Shown here: positions 38,110 to 50,080 of the stretch, one piece after another
Numbering within the stretch: position 1 is the stretch's first letter
How the letters are laid out: each line of letters starts with the position of its first letter
NCBI RefSeq assembly: GCF_006345805.1
Contig: NC_042999.1
Coordinates: forward strand, 51,956,001 to 52,020,000
Direction: 5' to 3'
Length of the DNA: 64,000 bases
From: Octopus sinensis
Lineage: Eukaryota
Notes under the pieces: model-generated
Databases searched by the model: none
Told to the model about the DNA's origin: nothing
What the model saw: the letters and a program-made list of their open reading frames with translations, nothing else
Made by a program: the position numbers and the translations under genes

Positions 38110-40690
38110 GTGTGTGTGTATGTATGGAAAGAGAGAAGGAGGAGAAATTTTGTGCAACCAAATTGAGCCTACGCGTACCATGTTTCGTGATCTCGCTGCA
38201 ATGACGTAGCAAAGACTATATAGAATTTCATTGTGACATTATATTTGTTTAGCTCCATTATCAGAATTCACGGAAGAATGGAAATAATGGAAACTGCATA
38301 TTATCTTTGCTTATATTTTGTCACGTTTTCTCTGTATGATGTGATATGTTGGCTGGTGTAAATTAGAACGTCTTACAAAGACTTCGGTAATTGTCTACAG
38401 GAAATATTCATTAAAATGTGAGAAAATGAATTGCTCTCAATGCTCAAGTAGTTTTGCTTCTCAAAGTATATTAACTAATTTATTGTTGAAGAATTCGATA
38501 AATTCTAGGAAACCCATTAAGCTGTTACTTCGATGTCTTTAAGGTTTGATAAACAATAGTTTCCATCTTAAGATTTCAAGAATTAATGCAAGTAAGAATA
38601 GTAGATTTATGTTTTTAAGAGCTCTTTTCTTTATCAGATTTGTCTGCTTGACAATAATACCCTTAAAGCTTTTTAAATATTTCAATTCTAAGATTAAATG
38701 ATAAAAGTTGATAAATGTTACTTGCAATTTCCCAATAGACTGTCATATAGCAGCAAATAGTCTGGAACAATTTCCTCTCAGTGTCACACACTCACATACA
38801 CATACACACACACACACATACACACACACACACACACACATGCAAACACACACACACACACGCACACACACACACACACAAACGCACACACACATACACA
38901 AGTATATACAATATTCACATCAGGTTGAAATAGAAGTAAACGATTCATTATGTAATCTCTTTCTCTCTTTCTTTATTCCTCGCTGTCTGTGTGTATAGGC
39001 ATATATATATAATACATACACACACACATATATCTAAGTATATATAATTCTATATTTAAGAGATGAGCAAATAAAAGAAATTAGTTGACAACATTGATCG
39101 TTAGTCGTTTCGTCATTTTTGATCTCGGTTAGAGGTAAGTCGTATTGTACATTGTTATTGTTGAAGGTCTCCCGTAGGGATCGATCTATGTTCTAAATTG
39201 CTGAATTGTCAAATATTGTTACTGTTTTTGCCTACGGACTAGTGTTTCTCGTCTTTGTCTTCTTCCCCATTTTGGGGTGAAGTGGAAAAATAGAATGGAT
39301 TGTGAACCAGTTCCTTTAAATGCCGGCAGTTAAGTTTCAGCAACTGGAAGAAGTGTAACAACGGATGCACTGGAATAGATGAAAACACATGATTATGATA
39401 ACAATGATCATGAGATAAAGCCAAAACAGCTATCTTGCTAATTTCATTGCTCGAAGTGTTAAACAGATTGCTCCGGAACGAATTTGAATGCTCGAAAAGA
39501 CACTTCCTCGCATTCCGACTAATTTCAATGCTCTCGACGGGCATTTTAATTTGAATGGTGTTAATGCTAAACTCTTTAACCTAAGTGCGAAATTGAATGA
39601 TCAAAAAACAAATTTGAATGTCTAACTTCTTGGCGCTAATTTTATTCGCGATTTTGAATGACCCGATTATCAAATTAAATGACTAACGTACGAAAATGAC
39701 TGTAAAACCCCGCATTATATGCTTTGAAATAAGGGAGTTCTGCAAATGAAAATAGTCCACCCTCCCGCACCTACAATGTACCGTTTTGAAGTAGTTAGTA
39801 AGACACGAGTAACGTACTTTGGAAATCACCTTCCAACGATTTCATCCAGTAGGGGCCATTTTTTTGAGAAAAAAGTCGAAATTTCTTTTTAAAGTTTGGA
39901 AGAAAATTCGACATTCACGAACTCTTGAAGCTGATTGAGAGAGTATCAAATTAAGTAAATGTGTATAACAATGTACATCTTCTGTTAATGATGCAGATTT
40001 TCTATCTTTACTGACATCGACTTATCCCCTAAACCATTCTTGAAACCTTTCCTTCTCATCAGCAAATCTTAAGATTTCTTTAGAAGATTTTTAGTCTCAC
40101 CAAACATAACAGCATCAAATGCTGTTTTTTTTTTCGATCTTTGCTTAATTACACCTTCATTTGTAACAGTTATACAATTAAATTATTTCGTTTTAAATAT
40201 CACTTGAAAGTGATATTCGTTTTCAATATTACTTCATAGCTGAGAAAATGTGTTCTTATAATGGCAAACTAACAGACATGGGAAACAGAAAAATTATTCA
40301 GAATGGGTCATCTCATCATTCACTCAGACTATTCTTAATACTTTCAATCAAAATAACGGAGACATTCCATGCTACCCACTTCGGTTTTGTTTTTCAGTTT
40401 AAGCTTTGGTTTCTCTTTTCCAAGACTGATAATATTCTTCTTATCTATTTCAAAGTTGGGGTAAGTAGAGAGAAAACTGAACTAATCGACACTTTTGCAA
40501 TCCTGGGGGTGATGGAAAGCATAAGGAATTCTACTGGGTTATAATCTTTTTAAATGAATCGAAGCTTTATGGTAACAAATGATTTAGGTGCTAGTTTACT
40601 TTTCTATATAACCTTTCTTAACTTTAAATATTTAAAATTAAATTTTAAAGCATTGGCATGAACGAATGGATGACAATTTTACTTTTTAAT

Positions 40691-40739
<49 letters not shown>

Positions 40740-41065
40740 TGCTGGTTTCTTTTCGCTCTGTGTGAAATAGTCAAGAAAACTTTGAGGTCACATGACTGAA
40801 TTCAGGTCTTAAAAAGGGATAAAAAAATACTCTCTCCATTGGTTAAATCTTTTTAGAAAGCAATCATGGCTAAGAAGTTTGCTTTCCAATCACATGGCTC
40901 CAGGTCCAGTCTTATATATATAAGTTCAGCAAAATTTAGATTCAAATGAATATGGTACTTAAGTCAGATGCAACAGAATTTTGTATGGTATTATCCATAT
41001 AAATCCACGGGGTGATTATACTCAAAATAAGCAACAAGAAGATATTCTTGTTGCTTATTTTGATT

Positions 41066-41099
<34 letters not shown>

Positions 41100-41140
41100 C
41101 ACTCACACACACACACCACACACACACACACACATATATA

Positions 41141-41222
<82 letters not shown>

Positions 41223-41437
41223 GTGTGTGTTTGTGTTTGTCCTTTACCAACGCTTGGCTACATGCATTGGTGTGTTTACATACCCGTAACATAGCAGTTC
41301 GGCACGAGAAACCTAAAAATAGGCACCAGCTGCTAAAATAAGTACTGGGGTAGGTTCATTAGACTAAAAATTATTTATGGTGGTGCCCCAGCATGGCTAC
41401 GATTACAGATTGAAACAAGTAGAAGAGAAGAGATAAA
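41223..41437 (+). mobile_element. SINE family B, 3' part
   Basis: GGTGTGTTTAC..CCGTAAC.TAGC.GTTCGGCA..GGTGCCCCAGCATGGC..TGAAACAAG. Confidence 0.7.
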
Positions 41438-41698
41438 ATATATACTCTTCGGTACCGAATAATCTTCGTACGAAAAATATGAGAAAGCAATAAAACAAAC
41501 TCGTAAATTGACTAAATATGCATTTCCCGTCTAAATCTGTCCGACTATGAGGAAAGCCTCAGGAATCCTCTAAATAAGTAAGCGTTTGATCTCCGCTGCA
41601 TAGGACAGTAAAAACATCAGCTCTTTAAGAAAATAAAAAAGAGTTGACGACCTGTCTGCTGGCTTAACACAGCTGGAAGGCAAGCAGTAAAATATCTG

Positions 41699-41730
<32 letters not shown>

Positions 41731-42057
41731 TTCACTTTCTTGACCACTCACTCATTTCTAGTTTCCCATTTCGAAAATAATAGAATAGAAAGAAAATAAC
41801 ATCTCTGCTCTTACTATGACTAAAAGCAAGCTTTAAAATAATTTGCTTTCCTTTCGCTATGTTTCTGTCGAACACTTTATACTTGGAAATGAAGGAATGC
41901 GAAATAAAAGTAAATATGACTGTAAGGAATCTAATGGAAATTAGCAGCAATCAATTAAATATTACACCAAAATGATTTATCGTGGAAAAATAGTAAGGCA
42001 TGCAATGCATGCGTTGCATATATACACCCTTCGCGCCCCCCTATATATTCGTTTCCT

Positions 42058-42427
42058 TTATTCTTTTATTTGTTTCAGCCATTTGATTGTGGCCATGCTA
42101 GAGCACCGCCTTTAGTTGAGCAAATCGATCCCAGGACTTATTCTATCGGTCTCTTTTGCCGAACTGCTACGTTACAGGTGCGTAAACATACCAGCATCGG
42201 TTGTCAAGCGATGGTGTGGGGACACACACAGACACAGATACATATGCCCGTCGTATATATACGACGGGCTTCTTTCAGTTTCCCGTCTACCAAATCCATT
42301 TACAAGAATTTGGCCGGCCCGAGGCTATAGTAAAAAAAACACTTGCCCAAGATGCCATGCATGGAGACTGAACCCGGAATCATGTGGTTCTTCAGCAAGC
42401 TACTACCACACTGCCACCCCTACGCCC
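42058..42427 (-). mobile_element. Near full-length SINE family B
   Basis: Colinear with 58847-59251. Confidence 0.85.
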
Positions 42428-43273
42428 TCATATATATATATATACAGACGCATGCATGCACGCATGCATATGTGTGCGTGTGAGTGTGTGTGTGTGTATG
42501 TGTGTGTCTGTGTGCGTATTTGTATAGTTAGACGTCCTTGAAAACATACGTGTAGTGTTTTTTTAATTTAATGCACAAGCTGGAATCGAGCTGAAATAAG
42601 CATTTGTTTCTTCGTCATTCCAAATAGATCTGATTAGAGATATAATACGGCAAGGTGACGTCTTAAAACTAAGGTTTTTCTCGGAACTATAGGAATTTAT
42701 GATCTTAGCTTGAATAGAATAAAGGAATGGTAGTGCGACGGTATGTCAGGCATAACAGCTATAAACTGTGGGTGAAAAAGAATAGGGTGAGGCATCGTCT
42801 TTCTTGTAGCAGAATACTTTTAATAATTGTGATGGGGAATAAATAATACGGTGTGGTAATAATCCATTTGAAATCAATTTTCTTAGATTCTTCGTCTTTT
42901 ATATCTATTATCGGGTTGATGTATTGCGGAGACATTTCCTGATAACACTTTCACGGTATTGCACATTTGCCATTTCTCAGACGAAAGCTCCGTAATTAAC
43001 GAGAATATTCCAGCAACAGAAGAATAATAACGAGAAACATAAGAGATATAATTCTTAATGTAGTGGAATGGTTAAAGGAGTAACCTGAAACCTGAAGTAA
43101 TTCTTCGTCGCTAATGCGGTAAAGTTGCACATTGATGAAAAACTGGTAATTGAAAGAGATCTCTTAGAACTCTGTTATTTTCACTTTCTTTTGTTCCTAT
43201 ATATCTGGGGTACAGCTAGACAAGTTGATTTGAAGGGACCACTAGGGGTACGTATATGTATGTATGTGTTTGC

Positions 43274-43306
<33 letters not shown>

Positions 43307-44210
43307 TGTATGTATGTATGTATGTATGTATGTATGTATGTATGTATGTATGTGTGTATGTATGTATGTATATATGTGTGTGCATGTATAATATACACAC
43401 ATATATATGTAATGTATGTGTGTGTGCATATATATATGTGTGTGTATGCATGTGTATGTGCGTGTATGTGTCTGTGTTTGTGTTTGTCCCCCACCACCGC
43501 TTGACAATCGGTGCTGGTCATTTACATCCCCGTAACTTAGCGGTTCGACATTCCCTGCAGCATTTGTTATGTTCGGTCTGGCCTTGCACAGAGACAACGC
43601 GGACTCCGCCTCCTTGAAGCAGGAATTAATTTTCAGCATGCATCGGTTCTTCACAGTCTAAATTCTCCACCCCTCTTCCTTTAAACCTATCATCCCCACA
43701 CGTGTACACATACCACACACCTCTCCCTCTCTCACTGCTCTCCTAATGTCACTCCCCACACCTACTCAATACCGTTTAGAATAAAACCCAACAACACACA
43801 GACACAGAATGTACTTTCAAACAACACACACACACACGCTCGCACATGCACACTTCTTCTTCCCTTTGTACACTCACTAGACCCTACCGCTTATTGCTAT
43901 TGATATTTCATCATTCTGTGATATGAGTTCACAGCTGTAGATAGTCACATACTTCTCTCGGTTAAGGCTGGTTTGTTAATTCCGTTGATCGGAAGGTAGA
44001 GCAGTGCTACATAAGGAAAGCTCTTGGAACCAGGGAAGAAGCTAGAATGCCAGGTGGGAAGCAATAAATAATGAGCGAACCCCCACCTTCACGGCATTCC
44101 ATATCTCCTTCACTAATTACAACATTTTTCACTAAGAATCGCAACTAGAATCCAAAATTTAGAACGAGATTATCTTTTATTTTTTGTTTTAATTTTTTCT
44201 GTCATTAGAA

Positions 44211-44613
44211 GGCGGCCATGCTGGAGCACCGCCTTGAAGAATTTTAATCGAGAAGGTCGACCCGAGACTTTATTCTTTTTAGAGCCTGGTCCTTATTTAA
44301 TAGTTCGCTTTTGAAGAACCGTTAAGCTACAAGGACATATATGCACCAAAACCAGCTGTCAAGCAGTGGTGGGGACAAATACACACACAACACACACACA
44401 CACACACACACATACACACACACATACACACACACACACACACAAATATATACGACGAGTTTCTGTCAGTTTCCGTCTACCAAATTTACTCACAAGAATT
44501 TGGTAGTCCCGAGGTTATAGTAGAAGCAAACTTGTCCAAGATGCCACGCAGTGGGATTGAACCCAAAGTTATGATGTTAGAATGCAAGCTCCTTATCATA
44601 CAGCCACATCTAC
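44211..44613 (-). mobile_element. SINE family B, diverged
   Basis: Colinear with 58847-59251, including the internal (CA)n. Confidence 0.8.
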
Positions 44614-44789
44614 CACTATTAAATCATGTTACATGGTGGACATAGTTTTTTTTTTCGGAAGGGGAGAATTATGGACTCGTTGTGCGTTTAACGGTAAAAA
44701 TGGAGGGAGTGAGATTCAATGGTTAAACAAGTTCGGAAATATCACTTAATCAAAAGATTATTTCACAACAACGTCGATGATGACGATGA

Positions 44790-45040
44790 CATCATCATCA
44801 TCATCGTCATTGTTCGACCGTGGTCGAGACAATGGAATTTAGCATGCTACGCCAGACTTCACGGTCCGTCATAGCATTACAGAGGTCCTGTTGCTGGATG
44901 CTTGTATCCCTGGAGATTACATCAGGGTAGGAGAGTGTGCGCTCTTTGGTGTTGCGAGTAGAGTAGAAATTACCTCTTTTTCAGCTCTACAACAATGTCC
45001 AGCAAACTGGACTCTCCTACCTTTCACACCTTTGACATGA
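44790..45040 (-). mobile_element. RTE-like LINE 3' end with (GAT)n tail
   Basis: RRVQFAGHCCRAEKEVISTLL..LSYPDVISRDT..DLCNAMTDREVWRSM. Confidence 0.75.
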
Positions 45041-45570
45041 CAACGACGACGTCTCATTCCCACTTCCTCTTCCAATTGTGATCGGATCTCCCAACCTTGT
45101 GGGAACATCATCGAACAACTGCGTTATGAATCTTTACATTTGTGTAGTTTAGGAGTGAAAAATACTTTCTTTACTATAGAAAAAAAAAGAAAAAAGAAGA
45201 GTAAATCAAAAGACACAAATTGCATTTCATTAGATTCATTATTTTTTTTTTTGGGTGGCGGCGATGATGGTGTTGTAAATTATTTAAACCCCGGTTAACA
45301 GTTGTCTATTATAAACTGCACAGACCATTCCAATAAAAATCTGGAATTGTGCCATTTCACATTGATTTCTTCTCAAATGAAATTCTTTCAAATATTGAAC
45401 TGATTAAGATATTCTTACAGAAAATTGGAAACGTCTGAATGTGTGTGTGAGTATGTGTGTATGTGTGTGTGTGTGTGTGTGTCTGGTATTTGTGTGTGCA
45501 TGTAGGTGTGTATGCGCGTATATATATAATGCATGTATATGTCTATGTGAATATAATACTGCTATCAATG

Positions 45571-45630
<60 letters not shown>

Positions 45631-45634
<4 letters not shown>

Positions 45635-46329
45635 GCAATTAAGGACAACTACTTAATAAGGAAAACTTAACAAGAAATTGTCAGGTAGATAGCGTAAAAA
45701 CCTCATAAGAGAAAAAATTTCGAAAATAATTATTTCTTATTGATATTAATTTATATATAGAGGGCATTATACATACATGCCAGACGGCATTATACATACA
45801 TGCCAAACGCTAAGAGGGACAATCAGTCATTTCTACCAAAATATTACTAATCCCACCGAATGCAATTTTTCAAAGTAAGACATTAAAAATATAGACCTGT
45901 ATCACAGTGATTTCATACTTACGTAATCATCAGCAGGCCTGAATGTATTATAAATAAACAACGACCCTGCCCCGCTTAAGCCGATCAGCTAACTGATCAA
46001 CATCAACAAAGCACATGGGTGAGTTTACATATATTACATCCGGGTAAATGGCAAATTTTACGAATTGCATTTCGGAGAGGAAAAGTTTTTTCGGAATAAA
46101 AATTTAGCAATTAAGGACAACTACTTAATAAGGAAAAACTTAACAAGAAATTGTCAGGTAGATAGCGTAAAAACCTCATAAGAGAAAAAATTTCGAAAAT
46201 AATTATTTCTATTGAACATATTAATTTATATATAGAGGGCATTATACATACATGCCAGACGGCATTATACATACATGCCAAACGCTAAGAGGGACAATCA
46301 GTCATTCTACCAAAAATATTACTAATCCC
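45631..46329 (-). mobile_element. Element with ~225-bp direct repeats (period 472 bp) and an HHR in the spacer
   Basis: 45631-45854 is repeated at 46103-46329 (differences mostly small indels); starts directly after (AT)n. Confidence 0.7.
45896..45937 (-). ncRNA. Minimal type-I hammerhead ribozyme
   Basis: CCTG-CTGATGA-t-TAC-GTAA-GTA-t-GAAA-TCACTGTGA-TA-CAGG: intact core, 4-bp helix I, near-palindromic helix III, AUA triplet. Confidence 0.75.
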
Positions 46330-46400
46330 CCGATAGGGAATAAATCCAAATTTACAGGGAAAAAATCAGATTTAGGATTAAATCCAATTTTATAGTAAAA

Positions 46401-46709
46401 TATATAAAATATTATTAGAGACAAAACCACTATTTTGCAAAACAAACAAGGAAAGACTAATCAATACATAAAATTTTAATAAATAGTCAAAAAACCGCCA
46501 CTCAATTGTTTCTTGTCTGATCGACAATCTTCAGGTGGTCTTCAATAAGTCAGTTTCATAATTTGAAACTGACTTATTGGAAGACCACCTGAAGATTGTC
46601 GATCAGACAAGAAACAATTGTAGTGGCGGTTTTTTTGACTATTTATTAAAATTTTATGTATGATTAAGTCTTTCCTTGTTGTTTTGCAAAATAGTGGTTT
46701 TGTCTCTAA

Positions 46710-46722
<13 letters not shown>
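46401..46722. repeat. Foldback palindrome (~158-bp arms, 5-nt loop) carrying head-to-head HHR copies
   Basis: 46401-46558 versus 46564-46722: I count 7 single-base indels and no substitutions. Confidence 0.9.
46585..46626 (+). ncRNA. Canonical minimal type-I hammerhead ribozyme
   Basis: CCAC-CTGAAGA-TTGTC-gatca-GACAA-GAAA-CAATTG-TA-GTGG: all three helices and the core are intact; predicted cleavage after 46622. Confidence 0.85.
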
Positions 46723-46767
<45 letters not shown>

Positions 46768-46775
46768 TTATATAA

Positions 46776-47100
46776 ATAAGGATAAGATCGATATTTAAAT
46801 ACCGATCTTATCAGGTGGCCAGCATGGGAATAAAAACCTTCAAAGGTGATACTTACTATAAAAATTATAATTTAGGGTATCTAAGAGATACCACCACGCT
46901 GGAAATAGGAGCCAAAACTTGACTCTAAAACCCCATTAAATGTTCATACAGCACCAGGAGAGAAGAAAAAGAGAGACAAATTAAACTAGTTAAAATTTAT
47001 TGGATAATTCCAGATTCCGGATTTCTGGCTCTGCATAAAAAATACTCTGCCTTCATCAGTGAAATATACTCAGATTGCACATAAAGGATATAATATGTGT
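46776..47100 (-). mobile_element. Short pLTR-like element (homolog of 16762-17065) with HHR at 47008-47064
   Basis: Minus strand: TTTCA-CTGATGA-a-GGC-...-GCC-a-GAAA-TCCGGAA-TC-TGGAA. Confidence 0.7.
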
Positions 47101-47429
47101 CTATATGCACATATATATTACTTGTATATAAATTAATTTTAATAAAGTGCGTGGTCCTGCGTTATTGTGAGTCGTAGGTAGTGACAGACAGTCGTGTCCA
47201 TGGTACAGTGACTGTCAGTCTATGAAAATGTTTCATCGGGACAGTCTGTAACAGTACCTGACAAGGTGCCAGAGTGCGTATGTGTGTCGGAGTATGACAG
47301 TTTGTTAGAGTGTGTGAAAGTAAGTGCCAATGTGTACACATCTCTCTCTCTCTCTTTGTCTGTCTGTCTGTCTGTATATATGTATGCTTGTGTGTATGTT
47401 CGTATAAATGGATATGCATATGTATGTTT

Positions 47430-49405
47430 TTAATAATTTAAATTCTTCCCAGGAGGAAGGCGCTGGTTTCCAGCAAAATTACAAAGCTCCATCTATGGAA
47501 TGTAGATAAGGAAAATAATGACATATTTTAAACTTGAGAAAACGCTTGCATATTTTTACAGTTCCACTTACAGATTGTATTTGTAATATGTGAGTCAGTT
47601 GGTTTTGATTTCTTTTTCTGAAAACCCAAGCTTATCCTGACTGGCAGTTTACAAAACCAAGAGCTCCAGTTATTATTGGTATAAATGTAAATTTATAATC
47701 CGAATATAAAAGCTGGAGGTTTCAAAGCACTTGTCCATAGTTATCTTCTTTCCCTTTGATTTTCAAAAGATATTCACGTCAGCAGGACTGCTGACCTCTA
47801 TGACGGTACATACTGTTTTTTGTGTGACCCACACAACATTATCCATCCTGTTATGCTTATACTTGACAGATGTTTTGATGGAAATCTTCTACCAGTATTC
47901 TTGTGCCTTTTTTTTTCTGGTACGTATTCAATAACAAGGGCTTTCTCTTTATTTCAGGACAGTCTTTGTTATAGAATGGTATTCTATACTGTTTTAGCAA
48001 CAAGGCCATGTCGCTTGATGACATTTTTTGGCAGCTGCCAAGGAAATCTGTGATGTCATCCACAGAAATATAATGTAATCTACATTTTCGGTTGCATCTT
48101 GGAACACCAAGGGCTTCTCTGTGTCTCTTGTTAATTAGGTATTTAGTAGAAATCTCCTGTTCTTGCATTGCAGATGCATAACCTTCATATTGTGATGTGA
48201 TGTAGCAGACATAAATGTATGTATGCCATTAATCAGTCTTATTTCAAGATTTCTTGCCAATAGAAAAAAAAGAACCGGTTTCTAACCTAGATTCAAGGCT
48301 CCTTTATTGGAATTTCAACATCAATAACAGGGAGATCTTGGAGATTTCTACTAACATACCCATGGATGGTATTCTGCTGTTGTACGCTCATTCTTTCATC
48401 TGATCATACGTTGTGGCAGAGTTGTGCGACTTCTTCGGGCATATATTTAAGGTTATCAGACAAGTAATGCTGTTCAAGAAGCTGCCTTCCAAATCTTATG
48501 TTGGACTTCGTCAAGGGATGGACTTCGACACTTGATGGCTAGTAGATGTAGTCGAAGGGATATGATTCGACATTCAAGGGCAGTTTGGATCGATGTCAAG
48601 CGTTTGCCGCCTTGTTTTTGAGTTAAGCAGACGTGTTCTAGGTCGCTGACAATGTGGAAATTATGTGTGTGCTTTTCACATCAGTGGCTCAGATCTCACC
48701 AAGCGTCATTCCAGCGGCCCAACTGTTGCTATGAGTACTTGTATCGCAAAAGCATTTTGAGCAACGGTTTTTATTGAATGCAGATACCTGCAGGTACCTT
48801 TAGATACCGGTTTTATTGCATGCATGACACCTGTAACATTCTTCATCAGATGTAGAGGAATCAGTCAAATCGTTGAAGGAGGTGTTGCTAGTCTGATTTA
48901 CAGTTTTTCATCTTTCCACAACCATTTGACAACTCAAACCCTACATCCTTTGAGAATGTTGTAACCAGGTTAAGGCTCTTTTTCATCTCGTGTATATATT
49001 TGCATATAGTTTAAATTCAACCACAAAACAAAAAAGAAACAATGTATAATTTTGGTAATTCTGTTTCCTTGTGAACCAGTGAAATATCCTTCAGACTTCC
49101 TTAACATGAATGACAAAGGGTTTACAGAAAGTATCAACAACATCACAGAGAGGCCGTCCCCTTAGAATATGCCTCTGTGACGCTGTATTCTCTCATTGAT
49201 AATACAGCCACTCTTTGTATTTTATTTCACGATGGTGGTCCACGACGAAATCAGGTGAGCTATGGCTTTGACTTTGCTCAATGGAACTTTAGCGAGTCGA
49301 AGGACTTCTAGCATCTACAAGCGGGGAACAGAATCAAAAGCTTTCCTGTAGACTAGCCACATTGAAATTAGGTTCCTCCTATGCTTCTGCACCTCTGACA
49401 TCACA
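47430..49405 (-). mobile_element. Decayed R4/Dong-like LINE (RT, Zn knuckle, restriction-like endonuclease)
   Basis: W..YRKAFDSVP; RGIF*GD.LS..L..NPLS; LKLYA..FSKDVG; EGY..AMQEQEISTKYL..KCRL..SCQKMS; HNR.D..W..C..IEVS.PADVNI; IPIITGALG; SGTVKICK.FLKF. Confidence 0.85.
48233..48332 (-). repeat. ~100-bp interspersed repeat inside the R4/Dong remnant; homolog at 61404-61500 (+)
   Basis: CCCTGTT.TTGATG.TGAAATTCCAAT..GATCTA..AAGAAATCTT.AAATAA.ACTGA is shared; both copies are followed by ACAT repeats. Confidence 0.6.
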
Positions 49406-49857
49406 GTTTTGTTTATTAACCAATGTATGTATGTATGTATGTATGTATGTATGTATGTATGTATGTATGTATGTATGTATGTATGTATGTATGCGTGTAT
49501 ATTTGTCATCTCATTGTACATGTATGTGTATGTGCGTGTTGTCCCATCATGACTAAATAAATTTCCCAATTACACATTGCCTTCTGTCACTGTATATTGT
49601 TGGTGCTATCATGTGATTCCGGCCATAAGGCAAAGACATCACTTCATTAGATAGATCTATTTATATTAAATGGACAATTGTAGATAATCTTAATTACAGG
49701 AATAGAGATTATACTCTTGTCAATCATGTGGATAGTCTTTCGGAATGTCATTTCAGACCTGTATGAGATTAACCGATTAGAAGATCATTCCTGAGAATCG
49801 AAGCTGATTGCGACAATCGATTAATCAAAATCTAATTTCCTCCACACTGTATCTGTC

Positions 49858-50080
49858 GCTAGCAGAAACGTTAGCACGCCGGGCGAAATGCGTAGCCGTA
49901 TTTCGTCTGCAGTTATGTTCTGAGTTCAAATTCCGCCGAGGTCGACTTTGCCTTTCATCCTTTCGGGGTCGATTAAGTAAGTACCAGTTACGTACTGAGG
50001 TCGATGTAATCGACTTAATCCGTTTGTCTGTCCTTGTTTGTCCCCTCTGCGTTTAGCCCCTTGTGGGTAGTAAAGAAATA
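49858..50080 (+). mobile_element. SINE family A
   Basis: Colinear with 7231-7448 and the reverse complement of 36573-36808. Confidence 0.9.

Noticed and set aside
39239-39544. 101-aa minus ORF with EISKIAVLALS, reminiscent of a hAT C-terminus
   Set aside because: The following SVER.FS motif is absent in all frames.
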